Shown here one piece after another: positions 1-13,460 of a DNA stretch of 64,000 bases. The stretch is from NCBI RefSeq assembly GCF_030684315.1, contig NC_081369.1, positions 45,491,598 to 45,555,597 on the forward strand. The letters are read 5' to 3'. Position numbers and translations under genes: made by a program. The notes beneath the pieces are model-generated. The model was not told the DNA's origin and did not search any database. It saw only the letters and a program-made list of their open reading frames with translations. The stretch is from Stegostoma tigrinum (lineage: Eukaryota). Numbering within the stretch: position 1 is the first letter of the stretch; the number at the start of each line of letters is the position of its first letter.

Positions 1-3000
1 GGGGGGGAGGGGGGAATGGGCGTGGGGGAGGGGGGAGGGGGATGGACGTGGGGGGACGGACGTGGGGGGACGGACGTGGGGGGACGGACGTGGGGGGACG
101 GACGTGGGGGACGGACGTGGGGGGAGGGGGGTGGACGTGGGGGGAGGGGGGAGGGGGGGGTGGACGTGGGGGGATGGACGTGGGGGGAGGGGGATGGACG
201 TGGGGGGAGGGGGCATGGACGTGGGGGGAGGGGCGGATGGACGTGGGGGAGGGGGATGGACGTGGGGGGAGGGACGTGGGGGAGGACGTGGGGGGAGGGA
301 CGTGGGGGAGGGACGTGGGGGAGGACGTGGGGGAGGGACGTGGGGGGAGGGACGTGGGGGGATGGACGTGGGGGATGGACGTGGGGGGATGGACGTGGGG
401 GGATGGACGTGGGGGGATGGACGTGGGGGATGGACGTGGGGGATGGACGTGGGGGGATGGACGTGGGGGGATGGACGTGGGGGGGATGGACGTGGGGGGA
501 TGGACGTGGGGGGATGGACGTGGGGGGATGGACGTGGACGTGGGGGGGAGGGGGATGGACGTGGGGGGAGGGGGATGGACGTGGGGGGAGGGGATGGACG
601 TGGGGGGAGGGGGATGGACGTGGGGGAGGGGGATGGACGTGGGGGGAGGGGGATGGACGTGGGGGGAGGGGGATGGACGTGGCGGGGAGGGGAGGGGGAT
701 GGACGTGGGGGGAGGGGGAGGGGGATGGACGTGGGGGGTGGGGGAGGGGGATGGACGTGGGGGGAGGGGCGGGGATGGACGTGGGGGGAGGGCGGGGATG
801 GACGTGGGGGGAGGGCGGGGAATGGACGTGCGGGGGAGGGGGGAGGGGGGAGGGGGATTGGACGTGGGGGGAGGGGGATGGGGGGGAGGGGGACTGGGGG
901 GAGGGGGATGGGGGGAGGGGGATGGGGGGAGGGGGGATGAGGGGGGGGGGGGATGGACGTGGGGGGAGGGGGGAGGGGGGATGGACGTGGGGGGAGGGGA
1001 TGGACGTGGGGGGAGGGGGATGGAAGTGGGGGGAGGGGGATGGAAGTGGGGGGGGGAGGGGGATGGACGTGGGGGGAGGGGGGATGGACGTGGGGGGAGG
1101 GGGATGGACGTGGGGGGAGGGGGATGACGTGGGGGAGGGGGATGGACGTGGGGGAGGGGGGATGGACGTGGGGGAGGGGGGGATGGACGTGGGGGGAGGG
1201 GGGGGATGGACGTGGGGGGAGGGGGGGGATGGACATGGGGGAGGGGGGGAGGGGGGGAGGGACGTGGGGGGATGGGGATGGACGTGGGGGGATGGACGTG
1301 GGGGGAGGGGGAGGGGGATGGACGGTAGGGGGAGGGGGATGGACGTGGGGGGAGGGGGATGGACGTGGGGGAGGGGGAGGGGGATGGACGTGGGGGAGGG
1401 GATGGACGTGGGGGGAGGGATGACGGGGGGGAGGGGGATGGACGTGGGGGGGAGGGGGGATGGACGTGGGGGGATGGACGTGGGGGGATGGACGTGGGGG
1501 ATGGACGTGGGGGGATGGACGTGGGGGGAGGGACGTGGGGGAGGGACGGTGGGGGGAGGGACGTGGGGAGGACGGGGGGAGGACGTGGGAGGGACGTGGG
1601 GGATGGACGTGGGGGAGGACGTGGGGGAGGGACGTGGGGGAGGGACGTGGGGGAGGGGGGGATGGACGTGGGGGGATGGACGTGGGGGGAGGGGGGGATG
1701 GACTGGGGGATGGACGTGGGGGGAGGGGAGGGGGACGTGGGGGGGAGGGGGGGATGGACGTGGGGGAGGGGGGGGATGGACGTGGGGGAGGGGGGGATGG
1801 ACAGTGGGGGGAGGGGGGGGATGGACGTGGGGGAGGGGGGGAATGGACGTGGGGGGAGGGGGGGGATGGACGTGGGGGGAGGGGGGGGATGGACGTGGGG
1901 GGAGGGGGGGCATGGACGTGGGGGGAGGGGGAAGGGGGGGGATGGACGTGGGGGAGGGGGGGATGGACGTGGGGGGAGGGGGGGATGGACGTGGGGGGAG
2001 GGGGGGATGGACGTGGGGGGAGGGGGGGATGGACGTGGGGGGAGGGGGGGATGGACGTGGGGGAGGGGGGAGGGGGGGGACGGACGTGGGGGACGGACGT
2101 GGGGGGGACGGACGTGGGGGGACGGACGTGGGGGGAACGGGGGGGACGGGGGACGGGGGGGGAACAGGGGGGACGGGGGGGAACAGGGGGGAGGGGGGGG
2201 GAACAGGGGGAGGGGGGGAACAGGGGGAGGGGGGGGAACAGGGCAGGGGGGAGGGGGGGGAGGGAACGGGGGGGAGGGGGGGAGGGGAACGGGGGGAGGG
2301 GAGGGGGGGAACGGGGGGAGGGGGGGAACGGGGGGGGAACGGGGGAGGGACAGGGGGGGGAACGGGGGAGGGGGGGAACGGGGGGGAACGGGGGAGGGGG
2401 GAACGGGGGGAGGGGGGGAACGGGGGAGGGGGGGAACGGGGAGGGGGAGGGGGGAACGGGGGGGAACGGGGGAGGGGGGAGGGGGGGAACGGGGGAGGGG
2501 GGGGAAACGGGGAGGGGGGGAACGGGGGGGGGGAACGGGGGGGGGGGGGGAACGGGGGGGGGGGAAGGGGGGGGGGAAGGGGGGGGAGAAAGAGGGGGGG
2601 ACGGGGCGGAGGGAGGACGGGGGGGGGGGGACCGGACGGGGGGGGGGACCGGACGGGCGGGGGACCGGACGGGGGGGGGGGGACCGGACGGGGGGGGGAA
2701 CCGGACGGGGGGGGGGAACCGGACGGGGGGGGGGAACCGGACGGGGGGGGGGAACCGGACGGGGGGGCATGGATGGTCGGGGGGAATGGATGGTGGGGGA
2801 GGAGGGGGGAATGGGGGAGGGGGGGGGGGGGGGGAATGGGCGTGGGGGGGAGGGGGGGAATGGGCGTGGCGGGGAGGGGGAGGGGGATGGACGTGGGGGG
2901 ACGGACGTGGGGGGACGGACGTGGGGGACGGACGTGGGGGGACGGACGTGGGGGGAGGGGGGTGGACGTGGGGGAGGGGGGAGGGGGGGGGTGGACGTGG

Positions 3001-6000
3001 GGGATGGACGTGGGGGGAGGGGGATGGACGTGGGGGGATGGACGTGGGGGGATGGACGTGGGGGGATGGACGTGGGGGATGGACGTGGGGGATGGACGTG
3101 GGGGGAGGGGGATGGACGTAGGGGGGAGGGGGATGGGACGTAGGGGAGGGGGGATGGACGTGGGGGACGGACGTGGGGGGACGGACGTGGGGGGAGGGGG
3201 GTGGACGTGGGGGAGGGGGAGGGGGGGGTGGACGGGGGGGGATGGACGTGGGGGGAGGGGATGGACGTGGGGGGAGGGGGAGGACGTGGGGGGATGGACG
3301 TGGGGGGATGGGAGGGGATGGACGTGGGGGAGGGGGGATGGACGTGGGGGAGGGGATGGACGTGGGGGGAGGGGGATGGACGTGGGGGGAGGGGGTTGGA
3401 CGTGGGGGATGGACGTGGGGGAGGGGGAGGGGGATGGACGTAGGGGGAGGGGATGGAAGTGGGGGAGGGGGATGGACGTGGGGGGAGGGGGGGGATGGAC
3501 GTGGGGGGAGGGGGGGGATGGACGTGGGGGGGGAGGGGGGGGGATGGACGTGGGGGGGGATGGACGTGGGGGGAGGGGGGGGATGGACTGGGGGAGGGGG
3601 GGGATGGACGTGGGGGGAGGGGGGGAGGGGGGAGGGGGGGGAGGGGGGAGGGGGGGAGGGGGGGTGGACGTGGGGGGGAGGGGGGGAGGGGGGGGGACGG
3701 ACGTGGGGGGAACGGGGGGGACGGGGACGGGGGGGGAACAGGGGGGAGGGGGGGAACGGGGGGGAGGGGGGGGAACGGGGGGGAGGGGGGAACGGGGGGG
3801 AGGGGGGGGGAACGGGGGGGAAACGGGGGGGAGGGGGAAACGGGGGGAGGGGGGAACGGGGGGAGGGGGGGAGGGGGGGGAGGGGGGGAGGGGGGGGGAG
3901 GGGGGGGAGGGGGGGGAGGGGGGAGGGGGGGGGGAGGGGGGGGAACGGGGGGGCGGGGGGGACGGGGGGGAACGGGGGGGCGGGGGGGAACGGGGGGGCG
4001 GGGGGGAACGGGGGGGAACGGGGGGGGAGGGGGGGAACGGGGGGGAGGGGGGGGGAACGGGGGAGGGGGGGGAGAACGGGGGAGGGGGGGGGGAGGGGGG
4101 GAGGGGGTACGGGGGAGGGGGGGAGGGGGGGAACGGGGAGGGGGGAACGGGGGAGGGGGGGGAACGGGGGAGGGGGGAGGGGGGGGAACGGGGGAGGGGG
4201 GAGGGGGGAAACGGAGGGGGGAGGGGGGGAAACGGGGGGGGGAACGGGGGGGGGAGGGTGGGAACGGGGGAACGGGGGGAGGGGGGAACGGGGGGCGGGG
4301 GGGGAGGGGGGGANNNNNNNNNNNNNAGAGGGGGGGGGAAAGAGGGGGGGGGGAAAGAGGGGGGGGGGAAAGGGGGGGGGGAAGGGGGGGGGGAAAGAGG
4401 GGGGTGGAAAGAGGGGGGGGACGGGGGCGGAGGGGGAGGGACGGGGGGGGGGGGGGACCGGACGGGGGGGGGGGGGGACCGGACGGGGGGGGGGGAACCG
4501 GACGGGGGGGGGGGGACCGGACGGGGGGGGGGGGACCGGACGGGGGGGGGGGGGGACCGGACGGGGGGGGGGGGGGGACCGGACGGGGGGGGGGGGGGGA
4601 CCGGACGGGGGGGCATGGATGGTCGGGGGGGAATGGATGGTGGGGGAGGAGGGGGGAATGGGGGAGGGGGGGGAATGGGGGAGGGGGGGGAATGGGCGTG
4701 GGGGGGAGGGGGGGGGAATGGGCGTGGGGGGGAGGGGGGGGAATGGGCGTGGGGGGGGAGGGGGGGGAATGGGCGTGGGGGGGAGGGGGGAATGGGCGTG
4801 GGGGGAGGGGGAGGGGGGATGGACGTGGGGGGACGGACGTGGGGGGGACGGACGTGGGGGGACGGACGTGGGGGGACGGACGTGGGGGGACGGACGTGGG
4901 GGGAGGGGGGTGGACGTGGGGGGAGGGGGGAGGGGGGGGGTGGACGTGGGGGGGATGGACGTGGGGGGAGGGGGATGGACGTGGGGGGAGGGGGATGGAC
5001 GTGGGGGGAGGGGGATGGACGTGGGGGGAGGGGGATGGACGTGGGGGGGGGAGGGACGTGGGGGGAGGGACGTGGGGGGAGGGACGTGGGGGGGAGGGAC
5101 GTGGGGGGGGAGGGACGTGGGGGGAGGGACGTGGGGGGAGGGACGTGGGGGGATGGACGTGGGGGGATGGACGTGGGGGGATGGACGTGGGGGGGATGGA
5201 CGTGGGGGGATGGACGTGGGGGGATGGACGTGGGGGGATGGACGTGGGGGGATGGACGTGGGGGGATGGACGTGGGGGGGATGGACGTGGGGGGGATGGA
5301 CGTGGGGGGATGGACGTGGGGGGATGGACGTGGACGTGGGGGGAGGGGGGATGGACGTGGGGGGAGGGGGATGGACGTGGGGGGAGGGGGATGGACGTGG
5401 GGGGAGGGGGATGGACGTGGGGGGAGGGGGGATGGACGTGGGGGGAGGGGGATGGACGTGGGGGGGAGGGGGATGGACGTGGGGGGGAGGGGGAGGGGGG
5501 ATGGACGTGGGGGGAGGGGGAGGGGGATGGACGTGGGGGGTGGGGGAGGGGGATGGACGTGGGGGGAGGGCGGGGATGGACGTGGGGGGAGGGCGGGGAT
5601 GGACGTGGGGGGAGGGCGGGGATGGACGTGGGGGGAGGGGGGGAGGGGGGGATGGACGTGGGGGGAGGGGGATGGGGGGGAGGGGGATGGGGGGAGGGGG
5701 ATGGGGGGGAGGGGGATGGGGGGAGGGGGATGGGGGGGGGGGGGGATGGACGTGGGGGGGAGGGGGAGGGGGGATGGACGTGGGGGGAGGGGGATGGACG
5801 TGGGGGGAGGGGGGATGGAAGTGGGGGGAGGGGGATGGAAGTGGGGGGAGGGGGATGGACGTGGGGGGAGGGGGATGGACGTGGGGGGAGGGGGATGGAC
5901 GTGGGGGGAGGGGGATGGACGTGGGGGGAGGGGGATGGACGTGGGGGGAGGGGGATGGACGTGGGGGGAGGGGGGGGATGGACGTGGGGGGAGGGGGGGG

Positions 6001-9000
6001 ATGGACGTGGGGGGAGGGGGGGGATGGACATGGGGGGAGGGGGGGAGGGGGGGAGGGACGTGGGGGGATGGGGATGGACGTGGGGGGATGGACGTGGGGG
6101 GAGGGGGAGGGCGGGATGGACGTAGGGGGAGGGGGATGGACGTGGGGGGAGGGGGATGGACGTGGGGGGAGGGGGAGGGGGATGGACGTGGGGGGAGGGG
6201 GGATGGACGTGGGGGGAGGGGGATGGACGTGGGGGGAGGGGGATGGACGTGGGGGGAGGGGGATGGACGTGGGGGGATGGACGTGGGGGGGATGGACGTG
6301 GGGGGATGGACGTGGGGGGATGGACGTGGGGGGAGGGACGTGGGGGGAGGGACGTGGGGGGAGGGACGTGGGGGGAGGGACGTGGGGGGAGGGACGTGGG
6401 GGGAGGGACGTGGGGGGAGGGACGTGGGGGGAGGGACGTGGGGGGAGGGACGTGGGGGGAGGGACGTGGGGGGAGGGGGGGATGGACGTGGGGGGATGGA
6501 CGTGGGGGGAGGGGGGGATGGACGTGGGGGGATGGACGTGGGGGGAGGGGGGGGATGGACGTGGGGGGAGGGGGGGGATGGACGTGGGGGGAGGGGGGGG
6601 ATGGACGTGGGGGGAGGGGGGGGATGGACGTGGGGGGAGGGGGGGGGATGGACGTGGGGGGAGGGGGGGATGGACGTGGGGGGAGGGGGGGATGGACGTG
6701 GGGGGAGGGGGGGGGATGGACGTGGGGGGAGGGGGGGGATGGACGTGGGGGGAGGGGGGGGATGGACGTGGGGGGAGGGGGGGGATGGACGTGGGGGGAG
6801 GGGGGGATGGACGTGGGGGGAGGGGGGGATGGACGTGGGGGGAGGGGGGGGATGGACGTGGGGGGAGGGGGGGGATGGACGTGGGGGGAGGGGGGAGGGG
6901 GGGGGACGGACGTGGGGGGACGGACGTGGGGGGGACGGACGTGGGGGGACGGACGTGGGGGGAACGGGGGGGGACGGGGGGACGGGGGGGGAACAGGGGG
7001 GGGACGGGGGGGGAACAGGGGGGAGGGGGGGGAACAGGGGGGAGGGGGGGAAACAGGGGGGAGGGGGGGAACAGGGGGGAGGGGGGGGAAACGGGGGGGA
7101 GGGGGGGGGAAACGGGGGAACGGGGGGGGAGGGGGGGGAACGGGGGGGAGGGGGGGAACGGGGGGGGAACGGGGGAACGGGGGGGAGGGGGGGAACGGGG
7201 GAGGGGGGGGAACGGGGGGGAACGGGGGGGAGGGGGGGAACGGGGGGGGAGGGGGGGGAACGGGGGAGGGGGGGGGAACGGGGGAGGGGGGAGGGGGGGA
7301 ACGGGGGGGGGAACGGGGGAGGGGGGGAGGGGGGGAACGGGGGAGGGGGGGGAAACGGGGAGGGGGGAACGGGGGGGGGGAACGGGGGGGGGGGGGGAAC
7401 GGGGGGGGGGGGAAGGGGGGGGGGGAAGGGGGGGGGGAGAAAGAGGGGGGGGGACGGGGGCGGAGGGGAGGACGGGGGGGGGGGGGACCGGACGGGGGGG
7501 GGGGGACCGGACGGGCGGGGGGACCGGACGGGGGGGGGGGGACCGGACGGGGGGGGGAACCGGACGGGGGGGGGGAACCGGACGGGGGGGGGGGAACCGG
7601 ACGGGGGGGGGGGAACCGGACGGGGGGGCATGGATGGTCGGGGGGGAATGGATGGTGGGGGGAGGAGGGGGGGAATGGGGGAGGGGGGGAGGGGGGGGAA
7701 TGGGCGTGGGGGGGAGGGGGGGGAATGGGCGTGGGGGGAGGGGGAGGGGGATGGACGTGGGGGGACGGACGTGGGGGGACGGACGTGGGGGGACGGACGT
7801 GGGGGGACGGACGTGGGGGGGAGGGGGGTGGACGTGGGGGGAGGGGGGAGGGGGGGGGGTGGACGTGGGGGGATGGACGTGGGGGGAGGGGGATGGACGT
7901 GGGGGGATGGACGTGGGGGGGATGGACGTGGGGGGATGGACGTGGGGGGATGGACGTGGGGGGATGGACGTGGGGGGAGGGGGATGGACGTAGGGGGAGG
8001 GGGATGGACGTAGGGGGAGGGGGATGGACGTGGGGGGGACGGACGTGGGGGGACGGACGTGGGGGGAGGGGGGGTGGACGTGGGGGGAGGGGGGGAGGGG
8101 GGGGGTGGACGTGGGGGGGATGGACGTGGGGGGAGGGGGATGGACGTGGGGGGAGGGGGATGGACGTGGGGGGATGGACGTGGGGGGATGGGGAGGGGGA
8201 TGGACGTGGGGGGAGGGGGATGGACGTGGGGGGAGGGGGATGGACGTGGGGGGAGGGGGATGGACGTGGGGGGAGGGGGATGGACGTGGGGGGATGGACG
8301 TGGGGGGAGGGGGAGGGGGGATGGACGTAGGGGGAGGGGGATGGAAGTGGGGGGAGGGGGATGGACGTGGGGGGAGGGGGGGGGATGGACGTGGGGGGAG
8401 GGGGGGGATGGACGTGGGGGGAGGGGGGGGATGGACGTGGGGGGGGATGGACGTGGGGGGAGGGGGGGGATGGACGTGGGGGGAGGGGGGGGGATGGACG
8501 TGGGGGGAGGGGGGGGAGGGGGGGGAGGGGGGGGAGGGGGGAGGGGGGGAGGGGGGGGTGGACGTGGGGGGGAGGGGGGGGAGGGGGGGGGACGGACGTG
8601 GGGGGAACGGGGGGGACGGGGGACGGGGGGGGGGGGAACAGGGGGGAGGGGGGGAACGGGGGGGAGGGGGGGAACGGGGGGGAGGGGGGGAACGGGGGGA
8701 GGGGGGGACGGGGGGGGAACGGGGGGGGAAACGGGGGGGAGGGGGGGAAACGGGGGGGGAGGGGGGGAACGGGGGGAGGGGGGGGAGGGGGGGGGAGGGG
8801 GGGGGAGGGGGGGGGGAGGGGGGGGAGGGGGGGGAGGGGGGGAGGGGGGGGGGAGGGGGGGGAACGGGGGGGCGGGGGGGAACGGGGGGGAACGGGGGGG
8901 CGGGGGGGAACGGGGGGGCGGGGGGGAACGGGGGGGAACGGGGGGGAGGGGGGGAACGGGGGGGAGGGGGGGGGAACGGGGGGAGGGGGGGGAGAACGGG

Positions 9001-10612
9001 GGAGGGGGGGGAGGGGGGGAGGGGGGGAACGGGGGAGGGGGGGAGGGGGGGAACGGGGGAGGGGGGGAACGGGGGAGGGGGGGAACGGGGGGAGGGGGGG
9101 AGGGGGGGGAACGGGGGAGGGGGGAGGGGGGGGAACGGAGGGGGGAGGGGGGGAACGGGGGGGGGAACGGGGGGGGAGGGGGGAACGGGGGAACGGGGGG
9201 AGGGGGGAACGGGGGAGGGGGGGGAGGGGGGAACGGGGGAGGGGGGGGAGGGGGGAACGGGGGAGGGGGGGGGAGGGGGAACGGGGGAGGGGGGGAGGGG
9301 GGGGGAGGGGGGGAACGGGGCGGGGGGAACGGGGGGAACGGGGAACGGGGGGAACGGGGGAGGGGGGGGACGGGGGGAACGGATGTGGGTGGGGGGGAAC
9401 GGATGTGGGTGGGGGGGGGGGAGAACGGATGTGGGTGGGGGGGGGAGGGGGGAATGGATGTGGGGGGAGGGGGGATGGATGGGGGGGAGGGGGGGATGGA
9501 TGGGGGGGAGGGGGGGATGGATGGGGGGGAGGATGTGGGGGGGGGAGGATGTGGGAGGGGGAGGATGTGGGAGGGGGAGGATGTGGGAGGGGGGGATGGA
9601 TGTGGGTGGGAGGGGGGGATGGATGTGGGTGGGAGGGGGGGATGGATGTGGGTGGGAAGGGGGGGATGGATGGGGGGGATGGATGTGGGGGGGGAGGGGG
9701 GGGGGAGGGGGGGGATGGATGTGGGGGGGGAGGGGGGGGGTGGGGGGGGAGGGGGGGGGAGGGGGGGGAGGGGGGGGGGAGGGGGGGGGATGGGGGAGGG
9801 GGGGGATGGATGTGGGGGGGGATGGATGTGGGGGGGGATGGATGTGGGGGGGGAGGGGGGGATGGATGTGGGGGGGGGATGGATGTGGGGGGGGATGGAT
9901 GTGGGGGGGGATGGATGTGGGGGGGGAGGGGGGGATGGATGTGGGGGGGGATGGATGTGGGGGGGGATGGATGTGGGGGGGGGGAGGGGGGGGATGGATG
10001 TGGGGGGGAGGGGGGGATGGATGTGGGGGGGGAGGGGGGGATGGATGTGGGGGGGGAGGGGGGGATGGATGTGGGTGGGGAGGGGGGGATTGATGTGGGT
10101 GGGGGGGGATGGATGTGGGTGGGGGGGATGGATGTGGGTGGGGGGGATGGATTTGGTTGGGGGGGAGTGGGGGATGGATGTGGGTGGGGGGGAGGGGGGG
10201 GGATGGATGTGGGTGGGGGGGGAGGGGGGGGGATGGATGTGGGTGGGGGGGATGGATGTGGGTGGGGGGGATGGATGTGGGTGGGGGGGTGGGGGGGATG
10301 GATGTGGGTGGGGGGGGTGGGGGGGATGGATGTGGGTGGGGGGGAGGGGGGGATGGATGTGGGTGGGGGGGAGGGGGAGATGGATGTGGGGGGAGGGGGG
10401 GGGGATGGATGTGGGGGGAGGGGAGATGGATGTGGGGGGAGGGGGGGATGGATGTGGGTGGGGGGGAGGGGGGGATGGTTGTGGGTGGGGGGGGAGGGGG
10501 GGATGGATGTGGGTGGGGGGGGGAGGGGGGGATGGATGTGGGTGGGGGGGGAGGGGGGGATGGATGTGGGTGGGGGGGGATGGATGTGGGTGGGGGGGGG
10601 AGGGGGGGATGG
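1..10612. repeat. Extremely G-rich composite minisatellite array in CDK10 intron 1
   Basis: Ordered sub-arrays of GGATGGACGTGGGGG(GA), GGAACGGGGG, ACCGGACGGG and, from about 9380, GGATGTGGG(T). The plus strand has essentially no C or T runs. It ends about 60 bp from the CDK10 exon 1 donor. Confidence 0.97.
4314..4326. other. Assembly gap (13 N)
   Basis: Run of 13 n characters. Confidence 0.99.
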
Positions 10613-10619
10613 AGACAGG

Positions 10620-10880
10620 GTGCTGGGGCTGCTCTCTCGTGGATCGCGACTGCGCGTTCACCAGCGCTACCTTGTCCTCTGTGGGCACCGTGAAGCTGCC
10701 CTCGTATTTCAGCGACTTCAAGCGGATTTGATCCGGTCCGTCATTCACATCCGCCATGATCCGGAGCAGCTTCTCTCCCAGTGAGCCGGTGGCCGATTAT
10801 TCACTCCCCCGCTGTTAACCCGCGGCTTGATGGCCGACCATAACCTTCCAGAGTGAAGGAGCAGGAAACTGCGCCCCCAT
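10620..10880 (-). promoter_or_regulatory. CpG-rich CDK10 promoter / first-exon region
   Basis: Local CpG enrichment around the start codon against an AT-rich, CpG-poor background to the right; YY1-like ATGGCGG overlapping the ATG. Confidence 0.55.
10671..10757 (-). CDS. CDK10: Cyclin-dependent kinase 10, coding exon 1 (rest of gene lies left of the window)
   Basis: Minus-strand ATG at 10757 gives MADVNDGPDQIRLKSLKYEGSFTVPTEDK, then a GT donor (AAG|gtagcg). Matches the remembered human CDK10 N-terminus (QIRLKCIRKEGFFTVPPEHR), has the same 29-codon length, and fits the CDK10-SPATA33-CHMP1A synteny. Confidence 0.88.
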
Positions 10881-12199
10881 CAAAATACCCAGAGAGAGGC
10901 CAATACTCACCCTCAAAACTGTAGCTCAACGCTGAACACTAATGCTGCTCAAAAGTTATTCTGTGTTGATCTTTGGGGTTGTCAATGTTAGGAATACACC
11001 TATGGTGCCGAATATGTTGTATGTTTTCACTTAGCTATTCAGATTCTTTAATTCTCTTTTCCCATCGTCAACTGCAGAATTCCATTCTTTTTCCTTAATG
11101 CAGACTAGATGAAAAGTTTGCCTTGTGGATACAGCATTGCAGTCAAGGTTGTTGTAGACATGGAGCAGCACACCTGGCCCCACCCTTCACTTTCCATCCT
11201 CCATCAATGTCAGACTGAACCCAAATTGAGATGAAGATCATTGTGTGTGTCTGCATCATGGTCTGCAAAGACCAGGTCATCAGTGTGCAAGCACTTAATG
11301 TCTCTTCATTCACTGAGCTTCTATCTGCCCTCATTATGTAAAAAATAGGTTTGATCACGTTGACACAGAACATTTCATTTAGTTAGACCATGCTCTGTTA
11401 TTGTGGTACTAATCTTGGAATAGTTTGAGTGCTGTACCATAGTTCAGAGAAGTTTCTCAAGTCTAAGATCTTTATAACTGTGATTTTTATTCAGCATGAC
11501 TATTACTCTATAATTATTTGTACTCTTGGACCTCAATCCATGGCAAACAACAGTACTTCTCTTCAGACTCCCTCCATCATGTGATCTTCTCCATAATTAC
11601 TGATGTAACTTACTGTTACATATTTGAGTATTAACCCTTAGTTTATACATTGCCACACCACATGTCACTCCTAGAAAGATTTGTGCAGAAAATCTGAACA
11701 CAAGATCATCAGGTTAAAATATCATGTAATGTCTTTGAAGCCCTTTGAAGGAGATGGTGGATTCCATAGGTCATTAGCAGAACATCTCACCAACAGAACT
11801 TACAAATCAAGACACTGCTTACATGATGACATGAAGGGTTCTCCCCGTCAAATCCTTCACGCACACTAACTACAGCAAATGACAGGAGCACAGCAATTGA
11901 GCTTTCTTATGTCATGACCACAGTTCTTAATTTAAATATCTGAATATATAAGAAGTCTGAGCAAGGGGTCCAGATTGAAACAGAACACCAGAAACTGGAT
12001 AAAAGGTTTTGCTGTGCAGAGGGAAGACTACTGGCCAAATCAGTGGGCAAAGTGGTGAAGGTGATTGTGGAACATGTTAGCACACTAGTGAGGGAATAAA
12101 GGGATAAGGCCACTTCTAATGCTATGTTGCTCAGGTCAGAGAGGGGAAGGTTGGAAGGTGATTCACTTCAACCTGTCTCACTTCGAATTTGGTTCATTC

Positions 12200-13460
12200 T
12201 TTTCTCTTAGATATGACCATAAATTGTCATTAAACCTGCAGACAAAGGTAGTATTATTGTGTGGTGAATCAATCTCTAATCAGTGCAGGCCAAATGCCAA
12301 TTATCTCCTGCCTCGCTCTGGATCATGATTCCATTAATAAACCTCAGGCCATTGTTTTCAGGACAATCACTGGTTTCATCTCGAGAGATCTTCCTCCATG
12401 GCATTGGACTTCATCATGTCCAAAGAATCAAATGACTTCTTCCAGCTCCTTCCCAATACTCACAAACATGACTGCTCTAATAGACCTACTGTTTCAGCTG
12501 TCCCTGCATCAATGGTTTCAATTAATTTCCACTTACTTTTTTACACTCGAGCTGTCTGTTCCCACCTACATCTATGACTCATCCAATGTCCTCTTTTTGT
12601 CTAATTATTTCCAATTTCCTGACCCTCGATGTCCAGTTTCTATACAACTCCATCCCCTAAGGGATACTGAGAGCTCTCCATGGCTTTCTTCAATGAAGAC
12701 TCAACCAGTTCCATCCACCACCACCCTCTTATGCCTGACTGAAGTTCTTCTCACATTGAGAGATCTGTCTTTTAAATGCATTAACTTTCTTCAAATAAAA
12801 GATGTTGCAACAACTGAATGAATCTTTTTTGAGGAAAATGTGTAAAATGTCTTGTTCCTGTCCTAAACAGGTCCCTTCCCTCACCTCTTTTTCCAGCACA
12901 AGTAATTGGTGCTATTAACCGACATTGCTTCCAATTTCCATTCCTTTCCTACCTTCACAAGGTTGATTCACGATCCTACCTTCCTTTCTTTGACTTCTTT
13001 TCCATTTCTGGAGACTGAATATCATCAAACAATTCACTATAAGCCCACTGACTCCCACAGCTGCCTCATCTACACCTACTCACTGATAGTAGGAACTGCA
13101 GATGCTGGAGAATCTGAGTTAACAAGGTGTAGAGCTGAATGAACACAGCAGGCCAAGCAGCATCAAAGGAGCAGGAAAGTTGACGTTTCGGGCCAAGACC
13201 CTTCTTGAGAACTGCAACTCTCTTGTATCTCTCTCCCACTGCAACTCTCGTACTATTCCTGAAGGGTCTAGGCCCAAAAGCTTTCCTGATCTCTGATGCT
13301 GCTTGGCCTGCTGTGTTCATCCAGCTCTACAGCTTGTTATCTCTACACTTACTCATAGCCTGCTTCCACAGATTTCATTCCTTTCATTAATTTCTCTGCC
13401 TCAGCTACATTTGTTCTGAAGATTCAAATTTCCATATCGGCACCTTTGACATGCCTTCCT
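12200..13460 (+). mobile_element. Degenerate Penelope-like retroelement RT fragment
   Basis: Peptides such as LDHD, PSTTTLLCLTEVLLTL and IHYKPTDSHSCL parallel the element at 43080-45790; many stops and frameshifts. Confidence 0.75.
13083..13342. mobile_element. Fold-back Penelope-derived miniature element nested in the older PLE fragment
   Basis: Inverted arms (gaacacagcaggccaagcagcatca ... tgatgctgcttggcctgctgtgttc), flanked by ctacac(c/t)tactca at 13070-13082 and 13343-13355. Confidence 0.75.

Noticed and set aside
1-10612. CRISPR array or telomeric repeat
   Set aside because: No unique spacers, no cas genes, eukaryotic context, and no TTAGGG units.
16-10784. Very long Gly-rich ORFs (up to 2665 aa) in all three plus frames
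   Set aside because: They arise because the G-rich repeat almost lacks stop codons; all frames are open, the same peptides swap frames at homopolymer changes, some span an N gap, and they lie antisense in a CDK10 intron.
10940-11330. Possible RTE-like LINE remnant on the minus strand (CLHTDDLVFADHD)
   Set aside because: Resemblance to an RT YADD region is too weak and fragmented to call without a search.
12261-12821. 186-aa ORF as a host gene
   Set aside because: Out-of-frame patchwork of Penelope RT remnants.
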